Source of the DNA: Psammoneis japonica
Taxonomy: Eukaryota
Assembly: GCA_008632985.1 (NCBI GenBank)
Contig: QPGO01000039.1
Span: 496,001-560,000, forward strand
Direction of reading: 5' to 3'
Length of the DNA: 64,000 bases
The first letter of the stretch is position 1. Each line of letters begins with the position of its first letter. This document shows, one piece after another, positions 24,544 to 36,321 of the stretch. A program made the position numbers and the translations under genes. The notes beneath the pieces were generated by a model that worked only from the letters and a program-made list of their open reading frames with translations, had not been told where the DNA came from and made no database searches.

Positions 24544-25800
24544 CCAAACCCACCAAACTTGCCAAACTCGCCAAACCTGCCAAACTCCCCAAGCTGGCCA
24601 AACTTGCCAAACTCACCAAACACGCCAAACTTGCCAAACACGCCAAACTTGCCAAACTCACCAAACTTGCCAAACTTGCCAAACCTGCCAAACTTGCCAA
24701 ACTCAGGAAACTTTCCAAACTTGTCAAACTTGGCAAACTCACCAAACTTGCCAAACTCGCCAAACTTGCCAAACCCACCAAACTTGTCAAACTTGCCAAA
24801 TTTGCCAAACTCGCCAAACCTGCCAAACTTGCCCAACTTGCCAAACTCGCCAAACTTGCCAAACCTGCCAAACTCACCAAACTTGACAAACTTGACAAAC
24901 CTGCCAAACTTGACAAACTCGCCAAACAATCCAAACTTGCCAAACCCGCCAAACTTGCCAAGCTCACCAAATTTTCCAAACCCGCCAAACTTGCCAAACT
25001 CAGGAAACTTTCCAAACTTGTTGCACTTGGCAAGCTTGCCAAACTTGTCAAACTTGTCAAACTTGGCAAACTTGCCAAACCTGCCAAACTTGCCAAACTT
25101 GCCAAGCTCGCCAAACCTGCCAAACTCCCCAAACTCACCAAACTTGCCAAGCCCGCCAAACTCACCAAACTTGCAAACCCTGCCAAACTTGTCAAACTTG
25201 CCAAACTTGGCAAACTGGCCAAAGACGAAGCCCGCCAAACTTGGCAAACTCACCAAACTTGGCAAAACCTGCAAAACCCGCCAAACTTGCTAAACTCAGC
25301 AAACTTGCCAAACTTGTCAAACTTGCAAAACTCACCAAACTTGTCAAACTTGCAAAACTCGCCAAACTTGCCAAACTTGCCAAACCTGCCAAACCTGCCA
25401 AACTCACCAAACTTGCCAAATGCGCCAAACTTGCCAAACCAGCCAAACTCACCAAACTTGCCAAACTCACCAAACCTGCCAAACCTGCCAAACTTGCCAA
25501 ACCCGCCAAATTGGCCTTGCCAAACTTGCCAAACTCACCAAACCCACCAAACCCGCCAAACACACCAAACTTGCCAAACACACCAAACTTGCCAAACTCA
25601 CCAAACTTGCCAAACCCGCCAAACTTGCCAAACTCAGCAAACTTGCCAAACTTGCCAATCTTGCCAAACTCACCAAACCCGCCAAACTTGCTAAACTTGC
25701 CAAACCCGCCAAACTTGCCAAACTTGCCAAGTGCACCAGACTCGCCAAACTCGCCAAACTTGCCAAACTTGTCAAACTCGCCAAACTCACCAAGTGCACT
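24544..25800 (+). repeat. 9-bp minisatellite (CCAAACTTG)n, ~140 units
   Basis: Directly visible tandem array. Unit variants end in TTG, TCG, TCA, CTG, CCG or CCA. Confidence 0.97.
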
Positions 25801-26695
25801 TGCAAAAAACACTCACGTGAATGGCCTTTTGCACATGTCCAGAGTGTGAACACTCAAACATTTTTTTTCATTGGTGCTCAAACCTCCATGCACCATGTGC
25901 CACAATTTCTTCCTGTGAAGTCAGCACCAATTGCTGGTTGTGTGATGAAATCTTGGCTGCAGCCGGCCTTTGTGGGCAGAAAACACCTGCCAGAAAACAC
26001 TGCAAACAAACATTTTGTGTTGTCACACAAACAGCACTGACAGCACATGAATCTTGATGATTTTTGTTAAAAATCAGCACCCATTGTGTTGCGGCTTGTC
26101 ACTTGCTTCTGACCCGATGAAAAATGCCGACAGCAGAGAAACAATGGCGATGTGACGCTGATGCGAGTCTTGTCAGTTTTGCAAAACATCAACATTTGGG
26201 ACATCCCCAGCTCAGTCACAAGTCAGAGACTGAGCCAAAATTGTGCAAATGTCATTTTTTGCATGTGTTTGGATCGCATCATGCGGCTGGAGCACATCGC
26301 CTTTCCAGCAGCGTGCCAGGGCTTGAGGACTTGCGTGCTCAAAACAGTGTGTGCCCTTGTTGCAGAGCACCTCTGAAATGATCTTGTGGTCTGTGTCTTC
26401 TTGTTGCGCTGCTTTTTCTTTCATTTTTGTCAGTCACTAACTTGTTTTCTCCCCCTTCTGGCCTTCAGCAGCAGTGCCAGCGACACTTCTGTCCCCCACG
26501 CACAGTGGCTGCAGATCCACCTGCTTGTGCCAGCCACGCGATGGCATGACGCGGCAGGCGCCAGACAGCCGGTTCGCATTTTTTCTCATCGCTCATCGCA
26601 CCGCAATTCGCATTTCACGCCATTGCGAATCTTGCATCGCAGTCGTCTCCTCTGGATACCGAAGAGAAAGAGAAAGTAAATCATCATTCATAACC

Positions 26696-29350
26696 ATGAG
26701 CCGACGAGCGGCGAGACATAGTGGAATGCCAGATGAAGATGATTGGAATCCTCCGCAATCGCTACTACACCACACGAGCAGCAAAGAAATGAGGACAACA
26801 GGAGCCAATAAGGACAACAACAGCAAACCCGGATACGACGACAATGATGCGAGTTCTTCTCTTCCTCCTCAGCGTCCCCATTATGCGAGTGGACAATGGA
26901 GAAGAGTGTCAGAAGTACCAGATGCTCCTAGTACCGGTGCTTTTCATCATCATCAGAAACAGCAGCATCAGTTTTGGAGTGAGAGAGGATACGAGAAGAG
27001 AGGAAAAGACAAGATTGACACGACTCATGCTCCTGAATTGTTTCCAATAGAGCGTCCACCTCCTCCAATGATGGCGAGGAATGAAAAGGGAGAAACGTTG
27101 GGGTCACTTAAATCCAACAAGAAAGACGTTCAGAAGCAGAATCCCCAGAAAAGTGGCGCCGGATTGCATCCTCACACGGATAACAAATTCAATACAGCAT
27201 CCGCCGCAGCAAGCACTAGTAGACCTCAGGATGAAGATATTGATGACATTCCTACAGAAGGAGTCGCTCCTCAGTTGATTGATAACAAGAAATGCGTACA
27301 GAAGCGGAATGCCCGGAAAAAAGGCGCCGGGTTGCATCCTCACACGGATAACAAATTCAATACATCATCCACCGCAGCCAGTATTAGTACACCTCAGGAT
27401 GAAGATATTGCTGCCATTTCTACAGAAGGAGTCAGTCCTCAGTTTAATGACCATGAAGATTTTGCTTCATCCAATAGAATGCAGGCTGCGGAAGGAAGCG
27501 ACCCTTCTGCGGTGCAGCAGCAAGTGTTTCCTGGGGCCTACCGGGAGGGTGGCAACTCGTCATTTCAACAAGATGAAGAATATACACTGTCTGCTCCATC
27601 GATTCAAGACATGCCACCACCACAACAAGACGAACAAGCGCCGCATGGTGATTCCCCGCCCTTACTAACCGCTCATGTGGTGAATGAGGCTGAAGCTATT
27701 GTGGTCGATTCTCAACCCATAACGGATGGCGGCAGCAGCAGCAATAGTCCCGGTGGGTGGTGGTCGTCACCACGAAACAGAATATTCTTTTTGGTCGGCA
27801 GCATTGCACTTATTGCTGTTGGTGCTGTTGTGGGTGTGGTGATGGCGCTTTCCGGCGGCAGTGATACGGCGAGTCAGGCGGCGATAACCTCTGAGCCGTC
27901 AATTGCTCCTACGCCTGAACCTACTCGTGAATCTGGACCAAAGACGGACTCTCCCACACCTCCTTCTACGCTATCCCCAACACCCGTATCGCCGACGGAC
28001 CCCTCTACAGATCCTCCAACATGGCCTCCATCTGGCTCCCCAACAGATCATCCAAGTGTTTCTCCGACAGACTCCCCAACACCTTCCCCTAGTTTGTCGC
28101 CGACAGTCTCCCCAACATCTTCTCCTACTCTTCCTCCTAAGGTGTGGAAACAGGTTGGTTCCGATATCGAAGGTCCAAACACAAATGACTTTTTGGGAAA
28201 TGCCATTGCGCTGTCGGAGGATGGCGAGCGCCTTGCCGTGGGAGCGATGTGGCACGATTTCAACGACACCATGTTACGAACCGGCATTGTTCAATTGTAT
28301 GATTTAAGAACCCTTGTGGGTCAAGACGAGGTGGAACCCTATTGGCAGCAACGTGGTCCCGACATTTATGGTGAAGCGCAAAATGCACACGCGGGTGCGT
28401 CCGTGGCGCTGGTTGGCACCACGGTGGCGGTGGGAGCGTCTGGTCACGAATATGATGGACAGGAGGATATTGGAATGTCCCGTGCATATGGCATCAGTGA
28501 TCCAGATGATGATTATGCTGCACCGTATGGATGGGAAGTATACGGATGGAATGCCTCGGATGAGCTCGGACGCTCCATTGCTCTATCCAGTGATACAAAC
28601 ATCATGGCTGTCGGTGCCCCGGGCACTTGGGACCGCCCTGGATATGCCGCGATCTACGGTTTTAACGATAGGGCATACCAGTGGGTTAGGTTGGGAGACA
28701 GAATTGAGGGTTTAAACAACGATGATTCCTTTGGATCAAGTCTATCTCTATCTCAAGATGGCTATCGAGTGGCAATTGGGGGCAGGTTTCACGATGTCGG
28801 AGATAAATACCGGGCCGGGCACGTTCAAGTGTATCAGTATGACAGAAGCGCTGAGACTTGGCTCCAACTAGGTGATGACATTGTCGGAAGAGAGACGCAT
28901 ACTTTATTTGGCGAAGATGTTTCACTAAATGCCGTTGGCAATCGCGTTGCCATTGGTGGGAGTGGAGATGGAGGTTACATCGGCGTCTACCAGTATGATC
29001 AAACATCGCAAAAATGGGAGACTCTCGGGGATGTTATCGAATCTGCAACAGGGACTGACTCGTTTGGTAGCTCAGTGTCGATGTCTGCTGCCGGTGATAT
29101 TGTCGCCGGAGGTGCCACTTCTAGTGACGACGGGGGTCCGAGGTCCGGTCACGTACGTGTCTTTGAATTCATTGCCGACAAAGGTTCGTGGGAGCAGGTA
29201 GGGCCCTCCATTTTTGGCAGCGAGAACGATAATTTCGGTGCGTCCGTGTCCTTATCGTCAAATGGCCAGCGTATAGCAGTGGGTGCACCATATTTTGACG
29301 GAGCGAACGGCCAGCGCTGCGGTCACGTACAAGTCTTTGACCTGGTATAG
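26696..29350 (+). CDS. Single-pass membrane protein with P/S/T stalk and FG-GAP (integrin-alpha-like) beta-propeller
   Basis: PGAY motif, TM IFFLVGSIALIAVGAVVGVVMAL, PT/SP repeats, and repeated FGxSVSLSxxGxRxAVGA units. Confidence 0.9.
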   Translation: MSRRAARHSGMPDEDDWNPPQSLLHHTSSKEMRTTGANKDNNSKPGYDDNDASSSLPPQRPHYASGQWRRVSEVPDAPSTGAFHHHQKQQHQFWSERGYEKRGKDKIDTTHAPELFPIERPPPPMMARNEKGETLGSLKSNKKDVQKQNPQKSGAGLHPHTDNKFNTASAAASTSRPQDEDIDDIPTEGVAPQLIDNKKCVQKRNARKKGAGLHPHTDNKFNTSSTAASISTPQDEDIAAISTEGVSPQFNDHEDFASSNRMQAAEGSDPSAVQQQVFPGAYREGGNSSFQQDEEYTLSAPSIQDMPPPQQDEQAPHGDSPPLLTAHVVNEAEAIVVDSQPITDGGSSSNSPGGWWSSPRNRIFFLVGSIALIAVGAVVGVVMALSGGSDTASQAAITSEPSIAPTPEPTRESGPKTDSPTPPSTLSPTPVSPTDPSTDPPTWPPSGSPTDHPSVSPTDSPTPSPSLSPTVSPTSSPTLPPKVWKQVGSDIEGPNTNDFLGNAIALSEDGERLAVGAMWHDFNDTMLRTGIVQLYDLRTLVGQDEVEPYWQQRGPDIYGEAQNAHAGASVALVGTTVAVGASGHEYDGQEDIGMSRAYGISDPDDDYAAPYGWEVYGWNASDELGRSIALSSDTNIMAVGAPGTWDRPGYAAIYGFNDRAYQWVRLGDRIEGLNNDDSFGSSLSLSQDGYRVAIGGRFHDVGDKYRAGHVQVYQYDRSAETWLQLGDDIVGRETHTLFGEDVSLNAVGNRVAIGGSGDGGYIGVYQYDQTSQKWETLGDVIESATGTDSFGSSVSMSAAGDIVAGGATSSDDGGPRSGHVRVFEFIADKGSWEQVGPSIFGSENDNFGASVSLSSNGQRIAVGAPYFDGANGQRCGHVQVFDLV

Positions 29351-29649
29351 TTATCGTGTTTGTCACCCTTCATGGACATTCGCATACAGTTTGATCCAAT
29401 ACGTTACCTTTGTAAGACGGTCTCTCGATTCCGTTTCTTGATCCCGATTGACAGTTTACTCATTACTACGTAGTTTTGCAAGATCATCAAAGTTGTTTCA
29501 GGACGATTTGCATCCAAGTCTACTCGTAAATGCCTACGTTCTCGCAATGCGATCTGTACATAAGTGCACGGCTATGTACTCAGTGTGTATCATGGATCAC
29601 TGGCACTGTTCCGTCTAACTCCTGTCGGACGGGAGTCTATGGTTTAGCA

Positions 29650-31860
29650 TCTTTCATCGCCATCCCGCAGGAAACACCTGGCTTGCATGATGCATTTCAG
29701 GCGACCAATGCTCCGTTGCAATCCCACGGCTCCTTTGAGCATCTTCCAGCGTTGCACTCTCTGGTCCCGATGGATCCGTTGTCACAACTGAGACGAGGAA
29801 GACACATTTGCCACAACACACTCACCACGCAAGCGTCTGGCACCACGTGTTTGTGCACCAGATCTTCAATGATGCATGGCACAAAAAACATGACATCAGC
29901 AGGGATGACCATTGCAGTGGAAAATCGAGCACTCTGCTGGCTGGTTGTTGCACAAGCCACAAGACACCGCACCTTCTTAAGCCAGCACAGAGCTTGCAGG
30001 TTCAGGGCAACCCAGGCATGTGCTGAAGCAAAAACTCACTCTCCAGTTTCAATGTGATGGCATTGATGATGAAAAAGACTGAGCGTGGCTGCAGCTCTTC
30101 AGATGGCCCATGGCTTTGCAAACTGGCCAGTGCAGCCAAGCAAGCAATGCCAGTGTGTGGCCTCAGAAACAGGCCCAGGAGGAGTGTGCCTGCTCATGAC
30201 CATGTGAGCAAGCCCCCTCCCCCCAGCAGCAGCAACAGAAAGAAGAAAAAGGACAGGTGGCAGGTGGTGGGAGAGATTTTTCAATGGCTGCTGTGACAGC
30301 CAAGCTGATGATCTCAGCATGGCAGCTGACCAGGAACTGCACTGTCCAAACACTGTGGCTGCCTTCAGGGACTGTGACAGTGCCAGAGCACATCTTTTTT
30401 CCAACAACAAGTGTGCCACACACAACCTGCACTGTGACTGCAAAAGATTTGATGATGGAAGCTGGGGGAACACCTGCATGCATGAGGTGTTTCTGGTCCT
30501 GCCCTTTTCCACAGCTTTTGGCTCATTTGGGCTGAGATCAGACCTGCGCTGATTTGCCCATTTTGTGCCAGACCCAAAGGACCCCAACCACAAAGCCCTG
30601 GTTGCAAAGTGTTGCGCACCCATTTTTGCCTGTGAGAAGACAAGTGTGTGCCATGATGAGATGGCCTTGCCTTGGGGCCAACTCCAGCTTCATGGCTCAT
30701 GTCCACACAGTGATGTGTGCGATGAGAGTTTGCATTTCTTGCACCACCGCTGTGTCCCATGACCCCAACACTTGTGCCCTCTCAACAATGCTTGCTCATT
30801 GGAGTGACCACAGCAGTGGCCATGCCACTCCATCACATGGCTTTGACAAAGCAAGTGAATCTGCCTGGACTTGCCATGTGGACCCACAAAGAGAGACAAA
30901 CAACAACAACAACAACAACAACAAAGCCTGCTGGCCATTTGTCCTGCACAAGAGACTGTGAGCCTGCTGCTGGGGCACTCTTCCAATGTGCTGAAAGAAG
31001 AAGCTGCCAACTTGCAATGCTGCAGAAAGAGCCAACTTGCCATGGAGATTTTGTGTGAGGCCAAAGAGTGAAAATTGGCCCTGAACAAAAGGTTCCAAGT
31101 TGGGTGGCACAGACAAGCTGGCAGCCAAGAAAAGAAGTTGTCGCTGCCGCTCTTCCTGAGCAGTGGCAAGAGCAAAACAACAGAAGGTGCAGCAGGAGGG
31201 GTGCAGGACATGCTCAGTTTCAGGGCAGCTTTTTGAAAGAGGCCAAAGCAGAGAAGAGAACATTTGTGAAAGATGAGCAGCTGTGTGGCGCACAGAAAAA
31301 ACCTGGTGCCGCTGTTTTTGGCAGTGAACAATGAAGTCAGTGAGTGGACCAAGCACATCCAGTGCATTTGTGCATGATGATGATCTGCTCTTGGGGAAAC
31401 AGGAACACCAGCACACGGCGAAGCCAAGCAGCCAGCCGTGCTCTGCCACATTCACAGCAGTGCGAATCTGTGGTGGGAGACATCAACGGGCAACAACACA
31501 GTGCCAAGATCAAGAATCGCAAGCAACTGGAGGGGAACATGTGTGAAGATGTCATCACCAGTGGCTTTTTTGCTTGAACAGAGATGCAAGACTGACCAGC
31601 AGCCCAGCAGCTCTTCTGACAACAAAAGAAGATGGGGAGATCGTCAACAGCGCCGAGAGAGACTTTTTGTGACACACCTGGTGTTGTTGTCATTGCACAG
31701 GTCTAAGGCCAACAGGAGGACCCTGTCATGGCATTCATCAACTTTGATTCAGCAGTGGATCAAGGAGCGACCTGTGTGAGACATGATCACCATGCGACAA
31801 ACAGCAGCATGACCCCTTTGTGTTCAAAATGTGGGCGGTTGTGCTTCCATTGGCGCAGAA
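29650..31860 (+). mobile_element. TpA-depleted island 3, possibly a decayed piggyBac-like transposase
   Basis: Almost no TA over ~2.1 kb (survivors ttaa, ctaa). CDES-like motif at ~30715 and VWRTEKTW at ~31285 weakly resemble piggyBac motifs. (CAA)n at ~30900. Confidence 0.4.
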
Positions 31861-31970
31861 GATATAACATCATGAAAATACATATAACCGTAAACATGAA
31901 TACATTGATTACGATTGCTTCCGACAGATATGCAAGCACTTGTTGTTTTCACTCTTGAACCTTGTCGACA

Positions 31971-33608
31971 ATGGCGACGACTGCTGTCAAGAATGAGATT
32001 GACGAGTCAGTTGCAGGCGTATTATATAGTTCCTATGGTGCTGTCAATAATGATGAGGAAAAGGATGAAATAGAGGATGAAGCAGCACGTCAATTTCATC
32101 TTTTGCGTCGGTTATCGTCGCCACACCTTTCCTTTACAGAACCAGCTTATTCATCACGTCAACATGGACATGCTGCTGGTATTATGCTATCAGTTCGCCA
32201 GGTTTATAAAAATTCTGTAAGAGATACAATCTCAAAGGCACTTCATTTCGGAGGAAAGCCGAGCTCTGTTCGAGATGTGCCGGGGACCGCAACTGTCCCG
32301 AACGAAATTCTCAATCTCGTCAAGAACATTGTCGGTGCAGGCGCTCTAGCACTACCCGGCGGTGTCGCAGCCTTTGCCACTGCACCTTCCGTCTTGTATG
32401 GTGCATCTGTGTGGCTTGTTATTATGGCTGCTATTTTTGGATACTACTTTTTGCTGATTGGGCGGACATGCAAACTTTCAGGGACTTGTTCCTATGCCGA
32501 AGCATGGGAACGAACCATGGGAGAAGCCGGAGCAGGTTTCGTGGCTTTTTCTGTAGCGCTAAAGGCTGGAATGGGTAATCTGGAATGTAGCATGATTCTT
32601 GCGGATACCTTTCGAGATTTGAGTTCATCCGTTGGACTGTCTGTCTCGAGGAGTACGGCGCTGCTTTGCATCACGGTTGTGGCGCTTTTGCCTCTTTGTC
32701 TATTGAAGAATCTTGCGGTTCTAGCACCGTTCAGTATGCTTGGACTCGCGGCTATGCTATTTACATCCATTGCAATGGCGATTCGTTATTTCGATGGAAG
32801 CTACGACAGAAGTGTGGAAGGAAAATTCCTTGGTGATATTGAGGAGGAAATGCAACCCTCGTTTGGAACTACGGGTGCCATGGCTGCGTTTCACTTGAAT
32901 GTGTTAGTCTTTCTCTGCATGATTTCCGAGGCATACATTGCTCATTATAATTCGCCTCGGTTCTGGATCGAACTCAAGAATCGTTCCGTCAAGAGATTTG
33001 CATCCGTCGTTGCTTGGTCCTATGCTATTTCGGCGACCTATTATATTTTCGTCACTTCCATTGGATTCCTTACGTTTGGAGCAAACTCATCTGGCTTCAT
33101 CTTGGACAATTACTCCACCAATGATATTCTCGCTTCCGTATCCCGTGCATGTGTGGGATTTTCACTCATTTTTACCTATCCAATCATTTTTGTTGGTACG
33201 TTCAGTCCTTGAGGGAGTTCTTTGTGTTTTTGAGATCGCTAACCTCTTCATCTTTGCAAATCTGAATCTACTCAAGGCTTTCGAGACGCCATGTTGGACG
33301 TGATCATGATTCCCCACGAACAGCGAACGTCACACAATCTGAACATCTTGACACTGATACTTCTTACAATCATTACATTGCTTGCTGCGTTGCTCAAGGA
33401 TCTTGGAGTCGTGGTGGCCGTCGGTGGAGGAAGTCTAGGGACAATTGTAGTATTTGTCGTTCCGACCCTAATGTTTTGCCGGGCTGTCAACTTGCTGGGT
33501 GACAAGGCATCAACGAACCTAAAGCGTGAGACGATACTGGTGAAAGGGTTCATGTGGTTTGGCATTTTCATGGGTGTTGTTGGTGTTTGGTTAGCTCTCA
33601 CTACCTAA
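31971..33608 (+). CDS. Amino-acid transporter, Aa_trans/SLC38 family (2 exons; intron 33196-33276)
   Basis: NLVKNIVGAGALALP, LLPLCLLKNLAVLAPFS, AHYNSPRFW, GFLTFG, ILDNY. Spliced FVG|FRD. Confidence 0.92.
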
Positions 33609-33734
33609 ATTTTTGAAACGACTTCGACTCTGCCATGGCTTGGGCTGTTTCCTGCCTTTGGATGTTTCCTGCTCTTTTTTTGTTTAATGGCTTGTAGAGA
33701 TGATTTGGGCAAAAACTGCGTCAGGACGAGCGAG

Positions 33735-33880
33735 CAGCTACAGTGCTCTCTAGGCCTACTCTACTCTCTACAGTACTCTACAATGTAGCTCTACTCTCTA
33801 CTCTCCGGTAGCAGTCTACTACTCTCTCTAGCTAGAGAGTAGCGGTAGAGCTACAGTAAGAGTGCGGTGGCCGGTAGCAA
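33735..33880. promoter_or_regulatory. CTACTCT/AGAGTAG-rich quasi-palindromic intergenic tract
   Basis: Repeated ctactct units and the near-palindrome ctactctctctagctagagagtag, upstream of the 33997 gene. Function inferred only. Confidence 0.35.
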
Positions 33881-33996
33881 CTAAAATTCTAACTTATCGG
33901 GTTCCCTTTCCCGGGTCTTTCTCTCGCGCCCATCGCACCGCGCAATCACCTCATTTTTTTTTCTCACGCGGCGTTCACGAATAAGTCGACATCACG

Positions 33997-34842
33997 ATGA
34001 TGCGTCCACGGCGTTGTGCCTTTTCTCTTGTTTCTTCTCGATGCCTGTCTTCTTCTTCATCCAGTCCTAATGTAGCTACTGTCGTTCAGGGTCCTTCGTT
34101 GGTCCAAACGGGAAATCCCAATCGTCCTTCACCCTCACTCATGTTTCTGCCAGCGCTTCGAAGTCTGCCGTACTGGACGCTTCAGGACACCCAAGACGGA
34201 ATCACCAGAGTCGCCTATCAGGACAAGTACTTGCAAGAGATTGTGGACTTGTTGGAGTCTAATGCTCCAGCTATCGGAGAAGAATATCGGAAATCTTCCA
34301 GTCAAGTCGAGTCAGACTATGACGTATCACAAGGTGCTGAACACGCCAACGATGCGTTGCATACGGGCACTTGGGACTGGCATTCATACATGCTCAAGGG
34401 CATAATTCAAAAAGACACACCCTTTCAACTACACTTTCCATTAACATTTTCCGTTTTGCAGCAATTAAAAGAAACTGGGGCCTTGTTTGACGAGGTTCCG
34501 TTTGGTTTCTCCTTCTTTTCCATCCTCCACCCTCAATCGAAAATCAAGGCACACGTTGGGCCAATGAATTTTCGGTTGCGAATTCATTTACCTCTGATTG
34601 TACCAAGTGGATGTGGAATCAGTGTCGCTCATCAAGAACGACAATGGCATGCAAACAAGGCGTTGGTCTTGGACGATTCCTTTCTTCATCACGTGTGGAA
34701 TGATAATGCAAATCAAGCGAGGGTGTTACTCTTGGTGGATGTATGGCATCCCGACGTCAGTCGAGATGAACGAGAAGCTATAAGAAACATGTTTCGACAT
34801 GCCCAGGAACAAGGTTGGCTAGGGAAGAAGGGAAAAGAATAA
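33997..34842 (+). CDS. Aspartyl/asparaginyl beta-hydroxylase-domain protein, possibly mitochondrial
   Basis: FSILHPQSKIKAHVG..NFRLRIHLPL, LDDSFLHHVWN, RVLLLVDVWHPD. R/S-rich N-terminus. Confidence 0.9.
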   Translation: MMRPRRCAFSLVSSRCLSSSSSSPNVATVVQGPSLVQTGNPNRPSPSLMFLPALRSLPYWTLQDTQDGITRVAYQDKYLQEIVDLLESNAPAIGEEYRKSSSQVESDYDVSQGAEHANDALHTGTWDWHSYMLKGIIQKDTPFQLHFPLTFSVLQQLKETGALFDEVPFGFSFFSILHPQSKIKAHVGPMNFRLRIHLPLIVPSGCGISVAHQERQWHANKALVLDDSFLHHVWNDNANQARVLLLVDVWHPDVSRDEREAIRNMFRHAQEQGWLGKKGKE

Positions 34843-35032
34843 CGCATACTCGTTTTCCTTGTCACATACCGCAAGGAGCCCTTATTTCTAGTATTATGTG
34901 AATCCTAAAGTCTAAATTGTTAAAACTGTGTAGTTGTATATGTATTTCACAAGAGAAAAGAGTAATGCCTCGTGTAATGTATAGGTACGCTTGTCAAAAG
35001 ATGCCATGCAACCTTTCGCATCATCCTTCGAA

Positions 35033-35806
35033 CTAGAAATCAAAGGACAATGGCTTGTCACTGGATCTAAAGAGTCGACGAATCGCAAAGGCCAAGCGAT
35101 CTTCCTGACTCTTGTTGTTCAAAGACAGCGTAGACGTTTCATAGAAAAAGAGCTTGGGGTCGACAGGCAAGTGTTCTTGGTGTCGGCATATGCCGACTAT
35201 ATCCAATCCATCCGACTGCTCTACGTCGAAGCGTTCCATTGCTTGGCGTTGTTTCGTGACAATGGTTTGAAGTTCCGTCTTCATGTCTCTGATTTCGTTA
35301 TCCAGCTTACTGTAGGCTTGCTTTACTTGCATGGTTTGGACGCCACATTCGATATGGGTAAGAATGGACTTGACCCATATAGCTAGTCCCTTGCTATCGG
35401 CTTGAAGTTTCTCCACTTGTTTCCCCCACAAAACCATGTGATGGATTGATCGACATAGCTGAGCCTCCAATGATATAACGTATGGTGAGATCGGTTTTGC
35501 TGGTTCTTCACCATGCTCAGGAGGGTCCGGACGTCTCATATTCTTGACAGCGGTGAAGTACAGTTGAGATGGGCTTTCGTTGCTCTGCATGTTTTTGAAC
35601 ATTAAATCGTGTATCGCCGTTCCAAGGTTCTTGCGCTTCTCCCTCAACTCGTGCAATTCAATTTGACGGGCAGCTCTGACTCTTTCCCTCCTTGCGCAGA
35701 CCTGATCCAAGTGCGTCTTAAACTTTGCGATGACCGCATCCATCTCATCTATCACGTTGTCTCGGCTTCCATTGGATCTATCGTCTTGCGGGTTCTCGCT
35801 TGTCAT
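35033..35806 (-). CDS. Hypothetical coiled-coil protein
   Basis: 257-aa ORF with helical, charged composition. Confidence 0.65.
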   Translation of the reverse strand: MTSENPQDDRSNGSRDNVIDEMDAVIAKFKTHLDQVCARRERVRAARQIELHELREKRKNLGTAIHDLMFKNMQSNESPSQLYFTAVKNMRRPDPPEHGEEPAKPISPYVISLEAQLCRSIHHMVLWGKQVEKLQADSKGLAIWVKSILTHIECGVQTMQVKQAYSKLDNEIRDMKTELQTIVTKQRQAMERFDVEQSDGLDIVGICRHQEHLPVDPKLFFYETSTLSLNNKSQEDRLAFAIRRLFRSSDKPLSFDF

Positions 35807-36321
35807 GGTCGATGTTCAAAAGGTTGAGTAGAATAGGCCCGGATCGACGCAAGGCGCTGACGGTCGCAGCAATCTTGATACCAGGGCGGGGAAGGTAGAG
35901 GCCGAACACGTTGTTTCGACACTCCGGTACTCGTAATTGGGTGAAACCGGTCTTCACTACTCGCTGCAACACGTTGACTTTGTCGTGCTTTTCCCCGCAG
36001 AAATGTGGTGAGCAACTTGTGAAACATCTTGCGGATGGTGGCCAACATCTAAGCCCCTGTCAACAGTCATTTCAGGCTTATGTGTTTTTGTGGAAAGCAA
36101 GTTTCAGAATGACCCTGCATAAATGCCAGCGATGGTGGGTCATAATGATGATTATCATGCTGTTATACATTTATAAAATTTAACGCAGGGGGTGCACACA
36201 TTTTCACGAAATCAAGAAGAGGGGAATCCATCAACAACAAACTGTGATTGGTCATTCTGGAATGAATTCGCACCTCTAACAACCTTCCTTGTGTTGATCG
36301 AGCACTACCGATCAGTCGATC

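Larger units (their letters stand above)
18090..26655. other. TpA- and CpG-depleted island 2 (nested repeats)
   Basis: About 13 TA in 18121-24240 (~6.1 kb) by manual count. ORFs in all frames are rich in Cys/His and lack Tyr. Confidence 0.92.

Noticed and set aside
24490..25853. Long PNL/KLA/QTC repeat proteins; possible CRISPR array or telomere
   Set aside because: Translations of a stop-free 9-bp satellite. There are no spacers and the unit is not TTAGGG-like.
18090..26655. Classical RIP or CpG methylation decay as the only explanation
   Set aside because: RIP increases TpA, and CpG decay cannot convert Tyr codons to His/Cys. The 62-64 kb copy lost TA while keeping CpG.
18090..26655. Contaminant or alternative genetic code
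   Set aside because: The islands contain recognisable but broken TE genes. Island 4 also contains a paralog of a neighbouring host locus with the same signature.
26474..26695. N-terminal extension of the 958-aa ORF
   Set aside because: It lies in the stop-depleted island edge; ATG 26696 is the more likely start.
3436..34842. Three 2OG-Fe(II) oxygenases (JmjC, ALKBH6, ASPH-like) as the machinery of the hypermutation
   Set aside because: They are dispersed, ordinary conserved families, and the JmjC protein is membrane-anchored. Nothing beyond proximity links them to the islands.
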